Shown: in pieces, positions 55,150-64,000 of the stretch
Layout of the letters: each line of letters opens with the position of its first letter
How positions within the stretch are numbered: the stretch's first letter is position 1
DNA from: Chlorokybus atmophyticus
Taxonomy: Eukaryota > Plantae > Mesostigma and Chlorokybus algae
Direction: 5' to 3'
Length of the DNA: 64,000 nucleotides
NCBI GenBank assembly: GCA_009103225.1
Contig: RHPI01002069.1
Location: 2,132,846 to 2,196,845 of the forward strand
The notes under the pieces: model-generated
What the model saw: only the letters and a program-made list of their open reading frames with translations
Told to the model about the DNA's origin: nothing
Database searches by the model: none
Translations under genes and position numbers: made by a program

Positions 55150-58100
55150 TCATGCTGGGTTCAGCACAACACGGCTGCGCTGCACCCGGTTGCCCCGCAA
55201 CAGGTTGCTGAGCTGCCGCCAAGCAAGCTGCATGCGCGTGACGGCCACTTGCGCTATTATCGCCAAATACATCGCGGCAGCAGTGAGCAGCACACGGAAG
55301 CGTATGCCCGAAATGGTCGGCAGCCGCGTGAAACAGGACATTAGAAAAGGCCACAACACCGCTTGCTTTGCTGAACTTGATTGCGTTGTCGCACCGGCCT
55401 GCTTTGTCTGCGCTCGCCGGGTCAGCCACCTCACACCCTTTGCAACAATAAGCGCGCGCAATGGAGCAGCTTCAACAGAAAGCAGACTCTCAGCCAACTT
55501 CTCCATGTCCTGCGCAAGACGAAGGTAAGGCCAATGTCAAGTGCTGTTACTGCAAGTTGGCGAATCGAAACAAGCTAATGTTCTCCACAAGAGGCAACAG
55601 CTGACTTACACTTTCGAGCATGGTTTGGCGGAAGCCAGCCCCTTGAGGTGACAGCAGAGTATTCACCAATGAAGAGGCTTGCGGTTGCAGCTCTGTTGCT
55701 TCTGTTGCATTCTTAGACGCAAATGCAGAGAGTGCCAATGCCCGCTTCAGTCGCAACCGACCATCCGGGCCAAAAAGCAACTGCAACCAGCAAAGCCGCA
55801 CTGAGTTGCATACGCTCATTGCTCCTGCGTGCTGCCAACTGCAGCGAGCTCTCACCTGTTTTAGCAACGCTCTCATCTCAAATGAGTCGTCAGACAGCAG
55901 CCGGCGGACAACATAAGGGTATGCGGAGGCAAAAATCTTGAAATCTGGATCCGCACTGACAGCGATGCCTGTACACATCAGATGAGTTGCAACAACTTGT
56001 ATACTCACAAAGTTGCATGCTATGTGTTCTTGCTGCCATACCCTCCAGTGTAGCTAGTGAGCGCAGAACAATGGCGTAGTATGGTGGAAGCCTGAAGCGA
56101 AAGCGCAGCGCCAACTTGACCAGTATCTTTGAAACCTTCCATACAGTGTACAGGATGTTACTAAACTGGTCAGTTTGCTGCAAGGAACTGCATGCAACGC
56201 TGGGAGGAAGAGGTCGACACATGCACGGATTGTAACCTGGCCAAAGCGCAGCTGAGGGATGCCATCTTCTGTGATCAAAGGTACACCGTTTGACGTAAAC
56301 GCCAGTTCAAGCGCTTTGGTAAACTCATCACGGTTAACATATCGCGCAAGCACATCCATGTTGGTGAAGTCATATGACAGCTCCCGCCACTCAGCATTCA
56401 CAAGGTGGACAATGGCTGCGAACATGGCTGACATGTGCCTCTTCTCCATGATGGTCAAGAGCCCAAAGTCGAGGTAGCTGTTGGCAGGTGCAGTGAGAAC
56501 GTGCTGTGCTTGCTTCAACCAAGCAGTAGTTCTGGCTTACCCTAAGCGTCCACTCGGTGTCAGAAGCAAGTTACCGGGATGTGGATCGCCTGTAAGTTAC
56601 AGGCTGTGATAAGCCAAACTTGACCCATTGAACTTGGTGATGAGCTAGAAGCTACGCGTTTGTGGCACATTTGTAGTCATCCAGCTACATGTAGTCATGT
56701 TACAGATGCAGACTCACCATGCATGACGCCTGTCTCCAGCAACTGAGCAAGAGAGCCTTGCACACCCATGTCAACCTGCATGGCACAGGCTCATCAGCGC
56801 ATTGCGCACACCTATGACACGAGCCAACAACATGCAGCTGCATCCAGACTTGCCATGTACAGCAGCTGCTGTCGTGCCAGAAATGAGTCTTGACCACCAG
56901 CACGAGCGGTGGCTGCGAGGTCAGCAGGGCGTTGACCTTTGAGCCACTCCATGGTAAGCACACGCCGAGTGGTGTACGCTGGCAGGGTTCTCGGCACAAC
57001 AATAAAGTCCAGGTGCCTGTGTGCGACCTGCAGCAACGGTGTCAACCCCTCTTGATGGACAGGCCTTTACAACCAAGCAGTGGCGCATGCTCCGGAAGAG
57101 ACATACCGCAAAACAAGCTGCATTCTCGGCTTCCATCTGATAGTCGATTTCCCCGAACAAGCCTTTGCCAACTTCATCTGCTATTAGACTGAGGTCCTGT
57201 CGTATCCCAGCTGCGCTCCTCAGAAGTAGCAACTGCCAAAGCACGGTTGAGTTTGAGAGATAGCGAGTAGTCCTGTGCAATGTCGAACTTGCTGTCCAAG
57301 TCTGGTACTGGCACCAGCATCAGTCCCGTTAACTGTTGATAAGATGCTCACCACTCTGCGCAGAATGAACACGTCCAGTGCAATCTGGTCGAGCACTCCA
57401 GGACGCTGAACCTTGACCGCGATGTCTGTGCCATCTTGCAACTGTCCTCTGAGAGATTGGGCAATACAGCCAGCAATCAGGCGCTGCGAGCAGGCCTCAA
57501 ATCAACACCCACGTGCACGCAACCCAGTGAGCACTTTGCGTGAAGAGTTAGCTCTGAAGGCTGCTGCACGAAGATTACAACCTCGTACAACACCAGATGG
57601 CTTGCTGCTAGCATGGCTTTATGCCGTATGTGTTCAACTGTAGCAAACCATAACCAGCTGCTAACTATGCCTTACCTGTAAACCTGGCCAAGGGATGCTG
57701 CAGCCACTGGCTCGTCAGAAAGCACTGGGAACACCTCCTGAACTGGCCGCCCAAGCTCCTGCTGAATGATGGCGTGCGCCATCACTGTCGCAAAAGGCGG
57801 CAGACGGTCTTGCAATCGCGACAGCACCTGCAGAATGCACGTTGTTCAGCAAGAGTTGATCGCAAACACGACACAAGACCCGAATATATGCAAAGGTACC
57901 TTGCTGAACTCTGGCCCAACCACATCCTCGCGCGATGCTAAGGTTTGGGCCAGCTTGATCCAAGCAGGCCCAAGCTTGATGACTGCCTGCTGGACTATCA
58001 CCGCAACATCACCCACTGAAACTGGAGTCTTGGTGACTCGCGCCCGAATTGTCTCATATGCAATGCGCGTGGCCAGCGCTGTGCCCAAGCTTGCAACCTG

Positions 58101-59102
58101 TCCACAACGTTCGATTTCTCATGAGCACGCTGCATCCAGCAGGAAGTGACAGCACCCTCCATTCGACACGACGTGACTTGCCTGGAGGAGGCGGAACACA
58201 ACCAATGGCGGCCTCAGCGTGAAGTACAGGTTGATTGCATCTAGGTTATACTCGCGAGGCAGCATATTCTCCCACTGGCGCAGGCGGCTCTCAAGGCTGC
58301 TTGTCCATTCCACCAACCATTGCTCGTCTTCCTTCAGCAACTCATTGCCCGTCTTGCCTATACCAAGGTGCAATAAGGAAAAACATCCTCCTCCTGCTTA
58401 GCCCCACAAATCTTCCATCGTTGTATGCACTCACCAGGGTATTGGCGCGAGGGCCAAGGCAGGATAGGCACATGAACAGGCAGCTGTTGTGGGGTGTGCG
58501 CTGCTTGTGAACCAGTGTACACGCCTGTAGAGGAGGTGGTGGTGTTAGAGTATGTGAAGGAAGTGCTGGGGTCCGACCAAGGCGGCGCATTGTCAGCTGG
58601 TGCAGGTTCTTCAGAGGCAGTGCGCTGAACGACTGCATTACAACGATATGAGCGCAGTGCAACAGTCTTGTCAACAAGCACAGGCATGCCCGATTGGTAG
58701 GTGCAAGTCGCCCCCCTTTTATTGCTAAGCCCGTAGAAAGCATACATATTGTCACGAAGAACATAGCGTCAGCAGCCCATGCCGATTTTTCCAACACGCT
58801 ATGTGGGCAAAGTTTTCAGCCACCGCACAGACTACGACCTCCTTAACCTCAACACAGCAGCGGTATTCTTAGCACTCAGGCCTGCTAAACTCAGTAGCCA
58901 GCAGCAGCAGTAATGTAATTTCAATACAATGACATGTACCATCATCCCCGCCAGCAACAGCAATGCAGACCAGTCTCAGCCGCCTGTTTCCCCGGCAGCA
59001 GCTGCTGCTGCGTAATGACTGCAGCTGTCGCCTCCTCGCACACCGAGACGGACGCAGTAAAGCAGCAGGCGCCTGCCATGCCGCCGCCCCCACCCCCGCC
59101 AT
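55150..59102 (-). CDS. ABC1/ADCK atypical kinase (ABC1K), probably plastid-targeted
   Basis: Transit-peptide-like start MAGVGAAAWQAPAALLRPSR; LGPAWIKLAQTLASREDVVG; LQDRLPPF; VAAASLGQVY; AVKVQRPG; EIDYQMEAENA; VLTMEW; DPHPGNLL; YLDFGLL; FRLPPYYAIVLRSLATLEG; FASAYPYVVRRLL. GC donor at 56853. Confidence 0.92.
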
Positions 59103-59262
59103 CCCCACCGCCGTAGCCGTCCCCCCCGCCCACAGCGACGCTAAGCAGGCGGGCAGATGCTAGCGGCTAGAACCGGTTCATTATTGGCGACACTCGAACC
59201 AGATCACGAGCAATTTGGCGGGAAGCGATGCGCTGCAGTTTGAACCAAACAACACACTCGCA

Positions 59263-59360
59263 AGCTGGCGTGCAGAGAGTTTCTTCTCCATGCTGCTAGC
59301 TTCCGGCAAGCAGCTGGCGTGCAGAGAGTTTCTTCTCCATGTTGCTAGCTTCCGGCAAGC
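59263..59360. repeat. 49-bp tandem duplication upstream of the ABC1K start
   Basis: AGCTGGCGTGCAGAGAGTTTCTTCTCCATG(C/T)TGCTAGCTTCCGGCAAGC, two copies. Confidence 0.9.
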
Positions 59361-60512
59361 AGCATAGAGTACGCACGCACAAGAAGGCCAAGGCAGGGGT
59401 CATACCAGTAAAGGAATTGCTAGTTGTAGAAGCATGCTGTCAGCTGGAGAGCAGGTGGAAGGTTGAAGTCAGCTGAACAGGAGCCAACAGACGTTGTAAC
59501 ACAAGCAAGTGGGGTTCTGGTTTTCCTCGTTGTTTGATTCATAGGTGGTGTGGCGAGGGGGAGTTGCTTGGTGGGTAGTGCTAGGTTTCGGAAGCCTTGG
59601 CAAGCCTTGCCTCCCGGCAGCAGGTTGCTGCTGCTTGACAGTTCCTGTTCTCAACCTGCGGCACTGAGCTCTTGCCTCTCGCTTGGCTGCGAACTTGCAT
59701 GTGAGGGCTGAACGGCAGGTGGGTTTGTAATGCATGTCGAGCTCTTTACAAGACCGTTGCAGAGGTGTTTCGCTGCTTTTGTAGTCTCAACCCAGTAAGA
59801 GGTGTCGTAATCATCTTATCAACAACGTTTTACGCAATCACTAAGCGCGCATCAGCATGCTTGTATGGCTCTACTGCGGTATGAGGATTACGGCTGTACG
59901 AAGGAGTGGTATGCATGCCGTCGTTTTCCAATGGAATGTGCCCTACATTCAAAGTTCGTTTCGACTGGGAACGAATTGCAGCAAGGGTGGACTTAGTTAC
60001 GCGCAGTTCCGCGAACTGAACTCCCAACATACTGTGGTGGTAGTCATGGTCGTCTGTCGATCAGATGAATGGCACGTGTGATGAGCATGCTTGCGTGCCA
60101 ACCTTTTTACAATGTGTTGAGCATCATCCAGCATGCCTGCGTGTCGCTCACATGCTCACTTAGTGTGCACTAAGGTGCTTGCAATGCTGACGGCACTGGT
60201 GCTTTAGATTCAGTCAGTTAGTGTGCATTCATGCCCGATTGCGTGGTGGCATGCTGGCCTCTGTGGGTGTGCGTAAGCAGTTGGGAGTGAGCTTGTTGCA
60301 ACCGCATGAACCGTGCGCATTGTTCAAAAGTAGTTCATACACATGCCTGCGTGCGTGGGCAATGGTTGGGTGGGTGGGTGGGTGGGGCTATGGTGCATTG
60401 TTCAGTGCAGTCCGTCTATACTACTGTCCTTGATGCAATTCAGGCAGGTTAACGCTTGTGTGATGATTGTACAGCCGCAGGTGATGCCTTGATGGACGCC
60501 ACTGCATGACTC

Positions 60513-62897
60513 ATGGGAAGCGAGGATGAACCAGATACTGGGGAGCAGGGAATAGAACTCGACAAGGAGTACCGCCAGGCATGTGACCGCTTTGTTGAGG
60601 AGTACTGCACCAAGCCCTCTTTTCCATCGGACCAACATCCGCCAGCGCATCACGCAGTCGAGATATACTTCAGCACATTGGCTTATGCCAATGTTAGCCT
60701 TGCCGACCATTTGCTCAACAAACCTCGCCGAGTGCTGCCGATCATGGATGAGGCTCTGCAGCATTTGGCCAGCGAGCCGGGCAAGCCTCCATACATGCAC
60801 GCAAGGATACGGCTTCCTGAATTGCCCGGCATGGACATCCCAGGTGGTCAGATGAGGTCAAAGTATGCGGGCAGGTTGATCGCTCTCATAGGCACGGTCA
60901 TCCGAGCGGGAGCAGTACACGTGTGGGAGGCAGCGCGACACTATGGGTGTAACAAGTGCAAGCACAAGTTCAAGGTGGCCAATGATCCCGAAGTCGCAAC
61001 TACCACGCGGCCTCCCGCACGCTGTCCTGCTGGGACATGCTTGGGTAAAACATTTACAGAGGTGGGCATCGTCATGCGCGATCACCAAGAACTTGTGCTG
61101 AAAACCAACCACGAGCCCGTCATCGTACTCGCGGCGGACGACTTAGCTGGCTCTTGTCGGCCAGGTGATCAAGTGCGTTTCAAGTCACTGCACTCACTGT
61201 TTGTCCTGCCTCTCAACCATAGCTAGAGCAAGCATGCACTCTCTGAGCAATTCACGTTGTGTCTCCAGGTTCGCATTTGTGGTGCACTAGTTTACCGTTG
61301 GGCAATCATTGTGAAGGACAAAGGCGCGAAGCTGCCAAAAGTCATGGAAGCAGTTCACGTTGAGGTCCGCAACAATGCCGCTGCAGCTGCCGTTGCCGAT
61401 GATGACGTGGCGGAGTTCGAGCACTTTTGGAGTACAGATCGTCTGTCACTGCACAAGCGAAACACTGTAGTTCGTTCCGTGTGCCCGCAACTGAAAGGGC
61501 TTTGGATGCAAAGGCTTACCGTAGCGCTTGCCCTTGCTGGAGGCTCAGGCGGGCCTGGACTGAGGGCAGAATCCCACATCCTACTTGTGGGTGATCCTGG
61601 CAGCGGCAAGTCTCAGCTCTTGAGGTACTGCAGTCTGCAACCGACAACAATCTGCATTGCCACCGCACCATGTATGATAACATGTGCTGCAGGTTTGCGC
61701 AGAAGGCAGCAGTACGAGCTGTTGCAGCATCGGGAACAGGTGTGACCTCTGCGGGTTTGACCTGTGCTGCTGTAAAAGGCAGTGGCGGTGAATGGGAGCT
61801 GGAAGCTGGGGCACTGGTGTTGGCTGATGGTGGGATCTGTCTCATCGATGAGTTTGAGGTAATTGATTGGACTCCATGCTGACTTTATGTATATTGGCAA
61901 GTTCTTTCAAGTGTTGAGGTGTTGCCACATGCAGGCTATCCGCTCGCATGACCGACCTGCTGTACATGAGGCCATGGAGCAGCAGACGCTGTCGGTTGCA
62001 AAGGCTGGCATCGTGACCACGCTGTCAACACGTACAACTGTCATCGCAGCCACCAACTTCAGTCGCAACAGCGACGATGCACTCTCACTGTCCGGTCCAT
62101 TACTCAGTCGCTTTGACCTCGTACTACCTGTCCGAGACAAGAATGACTCTGACTGGGATCGCTCTGTGAGCTCAAGTGTTCTCTCAAACAGGTGCTCGCT
62201 GGTTTGATGATACAAAACGCTTGTTGTGCATGTTGTTTGGGACTGATGTTAATGTTGCAGCCATGGAGGAGGGAGCAACAGTGCCGGCAATCTGCCGCAT
62301 TGGCCGCTCAACATCCTGCGTAGATACCTGTCCTATGTCCGATCAGAGCTTCATCCGGTCCTCACCGAGAAGGCAGAATGCGTGTTGGCACAATACTACC
62401 AGCTACAGCGACGCGCGCAAGGACGCAATGCTGCGCACACAACTGTGAGGTTACTTGAGGGGTTAATACGACTGACTCAGGTGTGCGCACTTTTGGTAAC
62501 ACATCTCTCACTGGCACATTGGCATGCAAGATGGTTAGTAATCCACGGATCTGTGCAGGCACATGCCAGGCTGATGTTTCGCAAGTATGCAGTCCAACAA
62601 GATGCTGTTTTTGCCGTATTGTGTGTCGATGTTTCCCTGAAGAGCGATCCAATGCTGCAAGCCCACACAGAGGTAACGCGCATCAAGTGGCACTGTACTC
62701 ATAGATGTGGGTGTGGGTGTGGCTGTGGGTTTGGGTGTCCTTGCGCATGCTCACTAATGAACTCCACTCAGGCGCTGCTGTCTGACGACGCTGAAGTAAG
62801 TGACATTGATGACATTTACGAGCAGCACGAACCTCAGATTTTGCAGCAGCTCGGTCTGTCTGTGGAAGGCGAAGACTATCAAAGCCCTTCTTCATAG
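60513..62897 (+). CDS. MCM9: MCM9 helicase
   Basis: C4 zinc finger CNKC..CPAGTC; Walker [15 protein letters not shown]; [26 protein letters not shown]; [15 protein letters not shown]; LSRFDL; MCM9-type [34 protein letters not shown]; seven exons, about 650 aa. Confidence 0.9.
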
Positions 62898-63299
62898 CAG
62901 TTATCATGACCCAAGTTGCCATGCCTGCAGCTGTGTGGCCAGCAAGCTGTGTGCACAATGCTGCAACCGACCTCAGGAAGCAGCATAGCTGCAGGCAGGG
63001 AGGCCTGAACCTGCCACTTGCAGAGCCAAACACGTTCTTGTTCAGGGTCTCCCGACACCTGACAATAGCATGCAACCGCGTGCTGCATACATCTTGACAT
63101 TCTGACATGCCATCATGTGGGTTATCTACCCTGATAATCTAAAGGTATGTGTTGTCCCAAGTATATATCCAGCTAGCAGGGACTCTGCAAAGCATCTCAT
63201 TCAGCAAATACAACAGTTCGATTGAGGGCTGCGCGTCTGAAACATTTTGCAAGAAGAATAGAAGCAATGCTGCTGTTGTCGTACTCGGCGTCCAGTTGA

Positions 63300-64000
63300 T
63301 TACTGACAGCGGCTCTCCAGCCCAAGAGCTTTCAGTGCCGCTTCGGCCGTCTCATCGGGTGAGCTGTTGATGTCAACAGATACGGCATTTTCCTCCTCAG
63401 TCACACCCTCCAGCGCCGCAAATTGCGAGTGCAGCAGCGATGCAGGCATGAAATGCCCGTGCCTACTCGCAATCCGCTGCTGTATCAACTCTTCTGAACC
63501 CTGCCAAGGCTCATCAGATACCCGTGACTAGGGTTGGTAAGAGTGCAGCACGAATGTCAGTTGGCAATGCACACGCAGTTGTTGCAATTACCCTGCCAGT
63601 TGGCAACAAATCATGTACCGACCGTATACCCTGCCGTCTTCCAGACAACATGCATACATATTGTAAGTGTGTGGTAACAGTCAAACGAACCTGCAGATGG
63701 ACAAAACGCAACGATGGCCCAATGGTCTCAGAAAGGAACCGTCTATAGCTGCGCTTAAGCGCCGAACATGATGCTACGGCACCCCTGTCACAGTGGACAT
63801 GTCATGTCTCCAACAACATGAGAAACAGAGTACCGAATGCTTACAATTCTTGTTGCTTGACAGCATCCGCAAGGGTGTGCAGCCATGGCCACCTGTCCTC
63901 GTCGGTCAGCGGCTCACCTCTTGCCATTTTCTCTGCCTTGGAGACAAAACACACAGAGTGCAGGAGAAGTTTACCTCAACACCAGCACGTGGCTTGCTCA
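63300..64000 (-). CDS. Gluconokinase (GntK/IdnK family), 3' part; 5' end lies beyond the window
   Basis: KMARGEPLTDEDRWPWLHTLADA, CSALKRSYRRFL, VRFVHL, RIASRHGHFMPASLLHSQFAALE; stop at 63300. Confidence 0.9.

Overview
Intron-rich eukaryotic nuclear DNA from the green lineage. This is inferred from plastid-type VTE3, protoporphyrinogen oxidase and ABC1-kinase genes and plant-type telo-boxes; a green alga, possibly an early-diverging streptophyte, is likely but the species cannot be fixed. Eleven spliced genes are recognisable: a CYP85-clan P450, eIF2D, a FAM192A/NIP30-like gene, RAD54, SWS1/ZSWIM7, KRR1, AKTIP/FTS, protoporphyrinogen oxidase, VTE3, an ABC1 kinase and MCM9. The 3' part of a gluconokinase runs off the window end. 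Eight of these genes sit in four head-to-head pairs. Transposon-rich blocks lie at about 1-5.9 kb, 35.7-39 kb and 42-55 kb. The most notable structures are: a tandem TRIM with three 79-bp LTRs, PBS, PPT and a perfect 5-bp TSD; three copies of the 3' end of a restriction-like-endonuclease non-LTR retrotransposon, one nested antisense in another at a G/C run; an Academ-like TAG..CTA element with a 4-bp TSD; a dense GTGAACT/AGTTCAC dyad array; and a RAD54-SWS1 divergent pair with MCM9 nearby. Exon joins were read by eye and family calls come from remembered motifs, not database searches. Several N gaps hide sequence.
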